This document shows positions 1 through 12,659 of a stretch of 64,000 bases of DNA, one piece after another. Numbering within the stretch: the stretch's first letter is position 1; the number at the start of each line of letters is the position of its first letter. A model generated the notes under the pieces. It saw only the letters and a program-made list of their open reading frames with translations. It was not told the DNA's origin and did no database searches. This stretch comes from Nitrosopumilaceae archaeon (GTDB lineage Archaea > Thermoproteota > Nitrososphaeria > Nitrososphaerales > Nitrosopumilaceae), in NCBI GenBank assembly GCA_965207375.1, contig CBDBMG010000002.1, forward strand, positions 416,001 through 480,000. The letters are read 5' to 3'. Made by a program: the position numbers and the translations under genes.

Positions 1-439
1 GCATGGGGTCGTAAGTTTCGGTTCTCACTTGAGATCGTGTGCCACCCGTAGTTCCACACGTCACGTGTCTCACTGCATAAAATTCTATTCTATACCGTCT
101 GTGTATGAGCTTGGGTGAGAACTGGGAGTGCAAGCTCCCATGGTCCAGAGGGGAACCCGTAAAGGGTTTCCCCTCACCCAAGTCAACTGATACCTCCAGC
201 TGTGTTGGTCCCTTAGAAAAAGACCTGTACCGATTGACAATAAAACCAATTTATGATAAACAATTTAGGTAACTAGAACAACTACATATACAACTGCGTA
301 CACCATCAAATATACTTATACAATTATATAGTATTAATGTATCGCTATATCCTAGCCACACTGTAATGTCATCCCCTTCTGTCTGGCATGGATCCTAGTC
401 AGTTTCTGGTAAACGTCCTGGCTGTACCAGACTACCAGT

Positions 440-3400
440 GTTGCTGCCGCCGGCAAGATCCTCTCCCTTGGAGTGCGGATATAGCTACAGCGTGTACGCT
501 GAACTCTCCCACCGACCCATGGTTCTGATCAGCGAGTCCTGAAACCCGCAGTTCGCTGCCGTTGTCGCTGCTCCGATTCTGAAGCTGTGACCTGCGTACT
601 TTACGGCATCTACTCCTGTGGCCGTTAGGGCCTCCCTCACAGCTCTGACGAATCTGTCACGAGTCAAGTAGCTAACGCCCATCGTTGAATGTAAACAAAA
701 GGGCCCGGTGTTGGCCCCCTCTTTACCAGGTAGCTAAGAACGGCCGCTACTGGGCATATTCTGTAGTTCGTCCTGCCTCGAGGGGTCCGTCACAAGCAAT
801 TTTGGCGTACGTGATTTGAAAACAACTGAGTTTTGTAGCTGATTTGTGATTTGAAAACTGTATTTGTGATTTGAAAACTGTATTCGTGATTTGAAGACTG
901 TTTTGAAAACCGTATTTAAGATTTCAAAACTTGTTAAAATGTACAATTCAGATAAAATCGCTGACTAAATTAATTTTGGCAGTACAAAGATCAGTGAAGG
1001 TGTAAGGAATCATCTTCAGTTCGCCTTAAGCGTGGAAGAAGTGCAGCATCCTCCCCTGAGATATTTTAGATTATGCAGTGCAGCCAGTGTACCCATAATC
1101 AATCAATCACGTAAGTTAAGCACCTTATAATGGGAAACCGCCGAGGGGTACAAAACGTACATGGCTGCCAAGATTCTTAAATCATAAATTAAAACTTCAG
1201 TTAAAATTTTTTCTCCGTATATTAATAATCACGTGATATGGACTGCCTAATTTGGTTATCAGGAATCAATGAAATCAGATCATAAATCAAACAATCAAGT
1301 CAAGATTCCAAGTGTCGGGGCCCCTGGAAACCGCTCATAGTGGACTGCATCCCCATGATGATAAGTACCTTAGGGTTTAAGTCCTTTGTGATCCTTTCCA
1401 TCTGTGTCTGTACAATAATTTACCTAATGGTGAAATCTGTTCCAAGACGTTGCAGGATGGCATTGTGAAAGCACATTAAATTGTCAGATAAGTGTCCACA
1501 CTTGACTACCATTGCAGTCCATAGATTTGATGTGTGATGACTGTGACATTTATTTAAACATTGTATGTACGTATGTGTTGTATAAGCACGTTATGTGACA
1601 TGCACATGCATGTTTAGGTTCCACCCATTGTTAGTTCATTGCTAAGGCTGACAGAGACTTGGCAAAAACAAGAAGCATTGCATATGATACTAGGATCTAT
1701 ATTGTCATTCATTATCACTGTATGTAAAACAATATCACATTACTCTATATACTATTAGAATGTATTGTGGGATTTAATATTCATCAACTGAATTGCCGGC
1801 AGTACTGATTATCTCAATCAAGGCCACTGTACTGCTTGAAACTATTCATGGTTGGATGTCTGTCGTCCCATGGATATAAACAGTTTCCATTCCACATCTC
1901 TACGCTCTCATCTCTGTTCTGTATGTCTCTCCGCTGAACCTTGTACCTGCACTCTCACTGTTTGTTGTGCCGGAATAAGAGTATATACTTGATGGTGAAT
2001 CTTGATCATTAAACTATTTACCTGCAAATGCACAACAACATTACTAGTATAACCAGTAATCAGTGCCCCACATTTATTCTTAGGAAGACTACAGAAGTCT
2101 TGAAGGGTATACATTCATTTTAAAATTAGAGGTAACCATTACAAATATCACATATGCAAAATACCGTGTGGCTAGTAGGATTTAATTTGATGCAACCATC
2201 AAATTAATAACCACCAATGCCTGTACACACAATAAACAGTAAATATCCACTCATGCCTATTCGTCAAATTTAAAATTTGTCATATTTTAAAATTGGAGGT
2301 GGATTTGTCTTCCAGCTATGAAGTATACAGGGTAGGTAATTAAATTACAGATACCACATAATAGAGGTTATGCACAAGACATGGTATTGGATAAGTGCCT
2401 TGCTTTTCTCGATTATTTACTTTGTTCTATTATAACACGAGTGGAAATATAAAAAGATTGTAAGGCAATTGATCATGGCATTGTTGCCAGTATGGTTGAT
2501 ATACAGTTAAAAGATAATCTCTGTTCTTAAATTACTCTACTTACATGATACCTGAGGGGTCCATGACTGTTTGAAATCATGTATGAGATATCTCTTGATT
2601 TTTTAACTTCAAATCTGATCTCAGGGGTTTGAAATCACTTTTGAATGTGTGGATTTGTTGGCTTATTATAAGCTTGCATTTGAAAGATATTGACTTTCAG
2701 AAATGAGATCGAGTTTACGAATTACTGTGTTGTAAGTCATAATTTCAGGCGAGAGTGTATATGATTTCAGTTAGTAACAGACCTCTTGATGATACCAGCC
2801 TCTATGTTATGCAAAACCTCAATAGGCTTGGAGGGTTTGACCGAATTTTAAAACCCTTAGACTTGAGAACAAGTATTAACGACAATGATCTAACTGGAAC
2901 ATATACTGCTAAGAGGCCACATCTGGTGAGGTGATGGTAGTCTGATTATTATTGCAACATGAAGTTTATAAAGTACTTTCCAGTAGGCCATGAATTAAAG
3001 CAGACCCATTAATAACCCCTTTTATGCATGATTCTTAATTTATTAAATACAGTACACTTGCCTGCAAGGAACATCATAGACGGATGAGACTGGTACGCAG
3101 AAGGCTTAACTTGAAATCTTTTCCACGAATCATGGGTAACCGGCAGTCTACGCTTCGTTCTTTATATTAAATTAACAGCAATTCTAGATTCTGCAAAAAC
3201 CTATTCCTTTCAATCAGCCTTTCTTGTTGTCTTGTTTCTGCATCCAGCATAGGCTTCATTTTCTCCGGAAACTTAACAGCACACTTTCTTTCCACAGAGA
3301 AATACCAAGCCTTGATGCGCCTTCTAAAAATAAAAATAATTTAAGGCACGCTAAATCGGCTCTCTTAGTAACCATATGCATAACCGATGTTTTACGGTGC

Positions 3401-4250
3401 ATATTTGGATGCATTTTACGGATTTATGATTTGAAAATATGATTTGCACTGATTTGTGTTTTGAAATTGATTTGGGAACTGATTTGTGTTTTGAAAACTG
3501 GTTTCTTATTTTGAAAACTGATTTGTTGTTTTGAAAACTGATTTGTTGTTTTGTAAACTGATTTGTTGTTTTGAAAACTGCTTTGAGTCAAAGTGTACGT
3601 GATTTGAGAGCGTGTCGGACCCCTCGTCCTGCCTAGATAGATGGTAACGCCCTGCCTGAAAGGATCCGTCTTTGACGCCTTAATTCTGATAGCCAGGTAT
3701 GAGGGGGATGAGTGGTTATCCACACTAATATCCGCCGCTGTCAAATGAATGTTGGGGTCAAAACTAGAATCTGAAGAGACGACAACTTTTCCTGCTCGCA
3801 GAAACCCAAAGAAGCACGTCACTGCCGCAGCCCATAGCATCGAGGCATCATGTTCTCCTAACTTGGCACACCAAGCCTGCTTGACCCAGCCGTTCCAGGA
3901 GGTCGAAGGTAATGGGGAGACGTGTTCGCACGGGTCCATTGGTTAGCCTCTTTACACCCCGCACTACATACTCTAGCTGGGTCATGTTCTCCATATGAGG
4001 ATTCCCCAAGCCCAGTGCTATTTGGGTATGACGTATAGCTGCCAGGTAACTCTTGATGGTGCCAGCTTTTAGGCCACCCTTATACAAATGGGCCACTAAT
4101 CGCAGCAGCGTGTCCTCACGTGCGGGAAATGGGTCATTGATGTTGTAAATCTCGCAAAATGAGCGGTATCTACTGGAGCCCGTCTTATACACTTTGAGCG
4201 TTGCCGGGGCTAGACCAGCCTTAAACAGTTCCCGAACAGTCGTGTCCATG
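440..4250 (-). pseudogene. Ngaro tyrosine recombinase, split by the 779-3626 insertion
   Basis: SAM-like N-terminus (TIKSYLAAIRHTQI) and catalytic R (FLRAG), K (SKTD), HxxR (HSFR), GRW. The frame GRT/NYRICPVAAVLSYL rejoins across the insertion. Confidence 0.9.
779..3626. mobile_element. Non-autonomous TIR DNA transposon with 8-bp TSD, superfamily unassigned
   Basis: TIR CGAGGGGTCCG(T/A)CAC at both ends; TSD TCCTGCCT at 771-778 and 3627-3634; subterminal TGATTTG..TTGAAAAC repeats. Confidence 0.88.
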
Positions 4251-5390
4251 CAACGGTTGGATGTCCAATCTGGCTGCTCCACCACCAGTAGCGTGACTAA
4301 GTCTTCTGGGAGGGGATCGCGATGATATGTTGACTGGAATACCTGTGAGTGAAGATAGCCAAAATTATTCCGTGAAACTGTATTTATCCAGGCATTATCT
4401 ATGCCCTCCACGTGCACTGCGTGCAAGGAGAACTGATAACATGCTTTGAAAAAGAACAAACATCGTAGCAGATACATGATTAGCGGTACCTTGCTGTACC
4501 CTGACTTCACTAGTGCCACGGCACCCGAATTAGCACAACGAACAGTCACACTCCGCCCCCTTAGTACTGGGCCTCATACCGCACAGGCCAGCACAATTGG
4601 TAACAGCTCCATCCACGTAATGCTCCGGCCTTCATCCATAACCTGTGATGTCTCTGTACCTCTCCATGGGAGCTGAATCCATCGGGAGAACGTTGGGCAT
4701 ATTGCCCCACAGCCAAATGAGCCTGAAGCATCCGTCCACACCTCCACAGGTGGTGCCAGTGCGTCGTGGATCATATTCACTCCGTTCCACTGCTCCATAA
4801 ATGTGTACCACCATAGCAGATCCGAGCGGGCTGTGGCCCCCAGGCGAACATGATGGCAGCTCAAACAGATGCCTCATGAAGGTTTTCCCTGGTTTCACGA
4901 CGCGGCTGGCATGCGCTAACTTTCCAGCTACCGACTCCAGCTCCTTCCGTGTGGCTGACTACCTGCCTATCCACTGCTGAACTTCCCGGCGTGTTTCCTC
5001 TAGCTTAATTGGCCAGGGAGCCTTGTCTCCATTCTCCTGGTGTCCAGCTCAAAACCCAGAAATGTAAGGCACGTGTAGGGGCCCTCAAGCTTATCCCAAG
5101 CCACTGGCAAGCCCAAACACTCAAAAATCTCCAGCAAAATCCTCAACGCGTGTTCCCCTGATTAGTGTCTGCTGACGTCACAATCAAGAAATCATCTAAG
5201 TAATGAATCACGAACTCCACCCCACGTTGTCGCGCTATCCATTCTGCTGCATCTGCCAGGGCTGTGAAGATCTTCGGGGCAGAGTGCAGTCCAAATGGAA
5301 GGGCCGTATCCACAAATAGTGATCCTTTCCAAAGCATCCCCATAGGCCACCGGTCATCTGGGTGCACTGGTACCACCCTATACGCATTGC

Positions 5391-5421
5391 CATAGATAGT
5401 ACGGAGAATATACTATCTATG
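5391..5421. mobile_element. 31-bp P-element-like remnant, probably an excision footprint, in the RT
   Basis: CATAGATAGTA...TACTATCTATG flanked by GCATTGC/GCATAGC (7 bp, 1 mismatch); removing it restores DIRNAYRVVPVHP. Confidence 0.75.
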
Positions 5422-5766
5422 GCATAGCGTATGTCAATCTTAATTAGAAGTGCCCCAGTCCCGTAATTGACTATCCCTTGAGTTGCGTCCTCCACCGTAG
5501 CATAGGAAAGGGAACACATAGTCTCCTGTATTCCATCGTTAATGCTGCCCTCTTCTTGGGAGGACATGTCCACGATGAGCCTCCACTTTCCTGGGGTGCT
5601 CTTTGGTATTACCCGAGGTATTACCCCAAACCGGCTAATGTGCACAAATGGAAATTCCTCGATGCTTAATGGACCCACAACTCTGCCTGCTCTGTATTCT
5701 GATTCTTGGTACTGTGTGATGACTTGTGGGTTATCCATAGCTGATGTCATATTCCTTCTTTAAGAC

Positions 5767-6789
5767 CTTTAACGAAAAAATCGGTCCGCCGTCAAAACTG
5801 GTTCCCCCGGACCGATTTTGGCTGTCAAAACTGGTCCCACTTGCCAATTTTGGTCCCCCGTGAAAACGTGGATTTACAACAATTTGGCTATGCATGGCCT
5901 ACCTGCTCTGATTGTCATTGTTGTTATAGGCCTTATATACTAGCTATACACCATGCACGACTGATTTAGTCTCGCGAGCCAGACCTTTTTCTTAACGCAC
6001 GATAAAAAGGAAGGCGCGCGTTAAGAAAAGGGCTTGGCTCGCGAGACCGCAGGTGATAGGACTGATTGGCTGTCCATGCCAAACATGTCAAAGTTAGCTG
6101 ATAGGTTTTAGCTTTTTCGCTTCATTCTTGGCAGCTGATAGCTATTCAGTTTATATAGTTACAGTACTCAAATTGCATGAAGCTACGTAGCTAGCTACAC
6201 AGATAGTTATAGATTCTATACATCTATGCTATAGCTACATTATTACTGCTTAGAATGCAAAGTAAAAAGGTAAATAGTGAGCTGGCTACGCGAGTTTGCC
6301 AGAAATGTATGGACTTTAATCGTAATATCAGAAACTAGACTATAGTCACGCTATCATCCTTCTAGTATGATAGTACCTTATGATAGACGATAGCCATACT
6401 GTAGTGGTTTGGCTGTCTGTCCATCCGTTGTGGCAGCAGAATCGAAACCGCGCTATATAACGATCAGGAAGCAAGCGCGTCGATATAGGCTAGCTCTCGA
6501 TCTATATGTATATATTACTGAGCTGATGTACGTACTAATTAGCTTTATAGCCTTGGTCGTGGCTAACATAAATCACTATGCAGCATCCAATGATGTAGAT
6601 TGTAGCTATAGCTAGCTAAAACTGTCACTTTAGTGGGGACAAATTTTGGCAAAAGGGGACCAATTTTGGCTGCCAAAATCAGTCCGTCGGACCAATTTTG
6701 GCAGCAAAAAATTGTCAGGGGGACCAGTTTTTCTGCCAAAATCGGTCCGGCCGGACCTATTTTAGGGAGGACCGATTTTGGTGTGACAG
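5767..6789. mobile_element. ~1 kb MITE inserted in the Ngaro RT
   Basis: Imperfect TIR CT..AAAATCGGTCC / GGACCGATTTTGGTGTGACAG with many subterminal GGACC(A/G)ATTTT repeats. The TSD is AC (2 bp) or AGACC (5 bp); both restore the same RT sequence. Confidence 0.8.
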
Positions 6790-7217
6790 ACCAACACTGA
6801 CATCTATAGTCGAAACCGACGCGAAATCCCTCCCGTATCCCATTAACAATATATTGTCGAAATTTTTGATCCAGATATGCACTCAGTCCTGTGTCCCATT
6901 CCTGTCATCTAAGGGGGGAGGTGTCTACCTGGAGGGATTGACTTAGACCAATAGGTTCTAACGGACGACATCTCTCTAGGTGGAGCAGATCCTCCATGTA
7001 TCGATATAAGCTTGAAAGGGGGCAATATGTCCCGTAAGTTCCATCCATGCATGCATCTGATCATATTCGCGAGGGAAGGCGCTCGGCTTACTGGGCCCGC
7101 TACTTCGGCTGTAGCTATTCCCTAAATCCCGCTTCCCATGAGATACATTATTAATCATAGATTAATGTTCAACAAACAAAACGAAAATTGTCCTATGGCC
7201 TGCTAGAATTATATGAT

Positions 7218-8183
7218 CTAACTGTAGCTATAGCTATACTGCTGCAGCTCAATAGGGTCTGTACTTGTGTGTGAGCCTTCCAGCTTGTTACGGTCCTCTG
7301 GGCTGGTGTCCATTTCGGGGGTAGGGGCCTGAGGAGTGGTTGTTAACATGCTGACGGCCCTGACGGGGGCAACGTGTCGCTGGATGTGGTCCTGCACAGA
7401 TGCTGCAGACGTGCGTGTGTCGACAGTACGGAATGTACACTCCTCTCTATTCCATTTATTACATACTTCCCCTGAGTGTCGGATGGGGCCTCGTGGGCGA
7501 GGAGTAACTTGTGTCAACTGTCGTTCCATGTTTTCAATGCGTCTCTCCAGTGAAATGTCCGGTGATAATCCTTCACTACAGTCCTGCGTCTCATGGGTAG
7601 CAGCCCCGAATACTCCACACCTCAATGGGTTTCGGGGAGCTCCGGTAAAACACCTGGCATAGCTTGTGGTGTTTATCACTGACCATTTGGTATCTCTCCT
7701 AAGAGCTGCATGTTTGCGAAACAATGTATCGTAGTTCAGCCAGGCCGTGCCTGCATACTCTTGGTTTACCCTCACAATCATAGACATGTAAGCCATGAAC
7801 TCCGGAATTACGGTTGGTGATTGCACTCCTCGGATACTAACATAAACCCCAAAACATTGGAGCCATGTAAATATGTCTACCACCCTTCTTCCACATCTCT
7901 TCTTATATTCCGCTTCTCCTTCTTCCTTTGGTGTCCACAACTCCGGGAGCAGCTCGCTCATCTCCACAAACTCTCCGGCCCTAATCTTCCTCACGAGCTT
8001 TGAAGGAACCCGGGGAAGGCCCTCCCCAATATACACTCCTTCAGTGGATGAACTTGCGTGGTCCCCCAGGGCTAAAGGTGAGTCCCCTGGAGCTGAAGGT
8101 GAGTCCACTGCTTGTGTGAGTAGTGTTGTTAGGTCCCTTCCATGTACCGGCTGGTCCGAGCCCGTTGGTGCGGCGAAGTGCAA
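7218..8183 (-). pseudogene. Ngaro gag-like ORF with C-terminal Cys/His knuckles
   Basis: WLQCFGVYVS...AYMSMIVRVNQEYAGTAWLNYDTLFRKHAA block typical of Ngaro ORF1; CNKWNREEC knuckle, frameshifted near the end. Confidence 0.75.
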
Positions 8184-9254
8184 CGGGACGTTACGAATGT
8201 CCTTCCCCGGGGGTAGTTTGTCCCCCGTGTTACCTGTAGCAACAAGATACTAGTAACCCTTCTTGCCTCACTATAGCTAGCTACGCATCCGCCGATGGTT
8301 TCTCGCGACACCCTTACATTACGCCAGACGAGCGACCCTGTCGAGAGCTCTCGGGGACGGCCTCGTGCTCGCGAGAACCGCATTCTCGCCTGACCCGGGG
8401 GTCCCAGCCATGTGGCCCGCTTCGCTTGAGTGTTTCCGCGAACGTGACAACACCATCACGGTGCGGGTGTTAGTTGGGCCTTCCCCTAGCAGGGGAAAAA
8501 AAGCCCGGTCATCTCAGCGACAGTGTCCCTGAGAGAAAAGACCGAAACCCTACCTGGACGAGATGTTCCGGGATCGTCTGCTTTCGCCTGTACTTCCCTC
8601 TGGGCTTCCGCTGCCTCCTTCATTAACTCCGCCACCGTGTCCGATCCCTCAGTTCTGAGAGTGGGACCACCCGATCGATGGGATCTTTCTGTTTGTCCTT
8701 GCTGGACGTTTCGCCACTCGGGGATGCCATTCACGTTTCCAGTTAGCTTCTACACTAAACTCGAAAGGCATGTGTTCGCACCTCTACTGCGCATTAAATT
8801 ATTACACGTGTCGTGTTTCTCCGTACTCGAGTCCAATAGATGCACCCCATGACCACAACTGGCTGTACGCGTGCGATGCATTTGTGAGCGAATTAACTTG
8901 GCTTAACCGTGCCTGTTAATCTTCACTTAATATCAGCTTATCGGTACAAAAATAAGTAAATAATCAGTTAACAGGAAATATGAATATACGCATATCAATG
9001 CAATAGATATGGCGAAATATAGGGGGAAGGATTTTTTAAAAATTATGTAGAAACCAGGTTTTGAAGGTTTTTAGCTAGTTAGCTAGTTAGCTAGCTATAT
9101 CTCACCATGCAACTTCAGCTGGAGCCAATAGCTAGTTTTACATTTTACTTTGCACTTAATTTGTCTGTACAAACAGATGGACTGATAAAAATATACAACA
9201 TAGGTACGTAACAGGCATGTACAACAATATAGGGTTTTTAAGTTTTCGTGGGTT

Positions 9255-11949
9255 TTAAAGTACCCATGCAAACAGAGTTTAGGTGATGGAATAGCATATG
9301 ATTTTCATGGTTTTTATGGTTTTTATGGTTTTCTAGTGTTTTAAGGTACCCAAGCAAACAGTTGCATGGTTAGATGATGGAATAGCATATGGTTTTTATG
9401 GTTATTATGGTTAGGTGATGGAATAGCATATGGTTTTAATGGTTTTTATGGTTTTTATGGTTTTCTGGGGTTTTAAAGTACCCAAGCAAACAGTTGCATG
9501 GTTAGGTGATGGAATAGCATATGGTTTTTATGGTTTTTATGGTTTTTATGGTTTTCTACTGTTTTAAGGTACCCAAGCAAACAGTTGCATGGTCAGGTGA
9601 TGGAATAGCATATGGTTTTAATGGTTTTTATGGTTTTTATGGTTTTCTGGGGTTTTAAAGTACCCAAGCAAACAGTTGCATGGTTAGGTGATGGAATAGC
9701 ATATGGTTTTTATGGTTTTAATGGTTTTTATGGTTTTCTAGTGTTTTAAGGTACCCAAGCAAACAGTTGCATGGTTAGATGATGGAATAGCATATGGTTT
9801 TAATGGTTTTTATGGTTTTCTAGTGTTTTAAGGTACCCAAGCAAACAGTTGCATGGTTAGATGATGGAATAGCATATGGTTTTTATGGTTATTATGGTTA
9901 GGTGATGGAATAGCATATGGTTTTAATGGTTTTTATGGTTTTTATGGTTTTCTGGGGTTTTAAAGTACCCAAGCAAAAGTTGCATGGTTAGGTGATGGAA
10001 TAGCATATGGTTTTAATGGTTTTTATGGTTTTTATTGTTTTCTACTGTTTAAAGGTACCCAAGCAAACAGTTGCATGGTTAGGTGATGGAATAGCTAGCA
10101 TATGGTTTTAATGGTTTTAATGGTTTTTATGGTTTTCTACTGTTTTAAGGTACCCAAGCAAACAGTTGCATGGTTAGGTGATGGAATAGCTTATGGTTTT
10201 AATGGTTTTCATGGTTTTTATGGTTTTCTACTGTTTTAAGGTACCCAAGCAAACAGTTGCATGGTTAGGTGATGGAATAGCTTATGGTTTTAATGGTTTT
10301 AATGGTTTTTATGGTTTTCTACTGTTTTAAGGTACCCAAGCAAACAGTTGCATGGTTAGGTGATGGAATAGCATATGGTTTTCATGGTTTTTATGGTTTT
10401 CTAGTGTTTTAAGGTACCCAAGCAAACAGTTGCATGGTTAGGTGATGGAATAGCATATGGTTTTAATGGTTTTTATGGTTTTCTACTGTTTTAAGGTACC
10501 CAAGCAAACAGTTGCATGGTTAGGTGATGGAATAGCTTATGGTTTTAATGGTTTTTATGGTTTTTATGGTTTTCTAGTGTTTTAAGGTACCCAAGCAAAC
10601 AGTTGCATGGTTAGATGATGGAATAGCATATGGTTTTTATGGTTATTATGGTTAGGTGATGGAATAGCATATGGTTTTAATGGTTTTTATGGTTTTTATG
10701 GTTTTCTACTGTTTTAAGGTACCCAAGCAAACAGTTGCATGGTTAGGTGATGGAATAGCATATGGTTTTAATGGTTTTTATGGTTTTCTAGTGTTTTAAG
10801 GTACCCAAGCAAACAGTTGCATGGTTAGATGATGGAATAGCATATGGTTTTAATGGTTTTTATGGTTTTCTAGTGTTTTAAGGTACCCAAGCAAACAGTT
10901 GCATGGTTAGATGATGGAATAGCATATGGTTTTTATGGTTATTATGGTTAGGTGATGGAATAGCATATGGTTTTAATGGTTTTTATGGTTTTTATGGTTT
11001 TCTGGGGTTTTAAAGTACCCAAGCAAACAGTTGCATGGTTAGGTGATGGAATAGCATATGGTTTTAATGGTTTTTATGGTTTTTATGGTTTTCTACTGTT
11101 TTAAGGTACCCAAGCAAACAGTTGCATGGTTAGGTGATGGAATAGCTAGCATATGGTTTTAATGGTTTTAATGGTTTTTATGGTTTTCTACTGTTTTAAG
11201 GTACCCAAGCAAACAGTTGCATGGTTAGGTGATGGAATAGCTTATGGTTTTAATGGTTTTCATGGTTTTATGGTTTTCTACTGTTTTAAGGTACCCAAGC
11301 AAACAGTTGCATGGTTAGGTGATGGAATAGCATATGGTTTTCATGGTTTTTATGGTTTTCTAGTGTTTTAAGGTACCCAAGCAAACAGTTGCATGGTTAG
11401 GTGATGGAATAGCTAGCATATGGTTTTAATGGTTTTAATGGTTTTTATGGTTTTCTACTGTTTTAATGTACCCAAGCAAACAGTTGCATGGTTAGGTGAT
11501 GGAATAGCTTATGGTTTTAATGGTTTTTATGGTTTTTATTGTTTTCTACTGTTTTAAGGTACCCAAGCAAACAGTTGCATGGTTAGGTGATGGAATAGCT
11601 TATGGTTTTAATGGTTTTTATGGTTTTTATGGTTTTCTACTGTTTTAAGGTTCCCAAGCAAACAGTTGCATGGTTAGTAGATGGAATAGCATATGGTTTT
11701 TATGGTTTTTATGGTTTTCTAGTGTTTTAAGGTACCCAAGCAAACAGTTGCATGGTTAGGTGATGGAATAGCATATGGTTTTAATGGTTTTTATGGTTTT
11801 TATGGTTTTCTAGTGTTTTAAGGTACCCAAGCAAACAGTTGCATAGTTAGGTGATGGAATAGCATATGGTTTTAATGGTTTTTATGGTTTTTATGGCTTT
11901 CTGGTGTTTTAAGGTACCCAAGCAAACAATTGCATGGTTAGGTGATGGA
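9255..11949 (+). repeat. Left subterminal tandem array, roughly 30 units of ~80-90 bp
   Basis: Unit AAGGTACCCAAGCAAACAGTTGCATGGTTAGGTGATGGAATAGCAT(ATGGTTTTW)2-3..CTACTGTTTT, with higher-order duplications. Confidence 0.97.
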
Positions 11950-12659
11950 TTTTATCGAAACATTCCCCCTATAATTTGCCACATATGGTCTGGGTGCGCT
12001 ACATTTCATAAGCGCTGAAATTATACTATCACGTAATCATGATGGTGTCTACATTAAACTCCAATATATGACCAGCGTCTGCGAACTGAATGGATGCACT
12101 ACAATCGATGTTAAAGGACAGAAAAGCAATAAAAGTGACACACACACGAGTAAATATAGAAAAGCGCGTTACTACCGGATCTATAGCTATACAAAGTGCG
12201 TCCGGTTACCGGACATATAGCCACTTCATTATTTAATTAGCTAAATACTATAGGAATTATAAGTTTTTAACCAATTAGCTAGTTATGTATGGACAGTATG
12301 GATTAAGGGAATGGGAGGTGGGTGCAACCAAGTACGTAGCATATAGCTATATCCTTGTTTCATAGCTATTAAGCTAATTATTTAATTTATCAGCTATAGC
12401 TATACCTGTATAATATTGCATGGGCCAGCAAAAATGGACCAATTAAGTGAGCACATGTAATTGATAATCATGTTTCTGTCTTGGTCTAAACACATTTCCC
12501 AGATTGCTAAGAAAGCTTAGTTAAAGCCTTCCTTCAGAACAACTTTAACTCCTGCCCAATACCTGTTAAAAGTCAGTTATAGCTATATATACAACTTTGG
12601 TAAGATAAATTTTAGAGTTCTGCTGTACTGTCTGGTCACCGCATACTGCTTCAGGCATA

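Larger units (their letters stand above)
4260..7130 (-). pseudogene. Ngaro RT/RNase H, fragmented
   Basis: GFRVGF at ~6810-6827, then PKSTPGKWRLIVDMS, LLIKIDI, LPFGL, YLDDF and TDASG; several frameshifts and two insertions. Confidence 0.88.
1..8851 (-). mobile_element. Ngaro-type (DIRS order) tyrosine-recombinase retrotransposon, decayed and interrupted; 3' part probably runs off the window start
   Basis: Minus-strand order gag-like (7218-8183), RT (5143-5750 plus ~6790-7130; LPFGLHSAP, HYLDDF), RNase H (WTDASGSFGCG), tyrosine recombinase (FFGFLRAG, IKASKTD, HSFRIGAAT, GRWES). The 5' end lies at about ACCCCATG 8844-8851. Confidence 0.9.

Noticed and set aside
105-200. Hammerhead ribozyme in the three-way junction
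   Set aside because: The CUGAUGA/GAAA core is not correctly placed on either strand.
3424-3626. C-terminal tail of the 171-aa recombinase ORF
   Set aside because: Read-through into the inserted transposon's subterminal repeats, not genuine protein.
7336-8852. Plus-strand ORFs overlapping Ngaro gag, and antisense ORFs in the Gypsy and hAT elements
   Set aside because: Shadow ORFs opposite recognisable coding sequence.
11153-11371. 72-aa ORF in the array
   Set aside because: Chance open frame in tandem repeat; neighbouring units contain stops.
9255-11949. CRISPR-like repeat-spacer array
   Set aside because: Intervening segments are near-identical ATGGTTTTW iterations rather than unique spacers; there are no cas genes and the context is eukaryotic.
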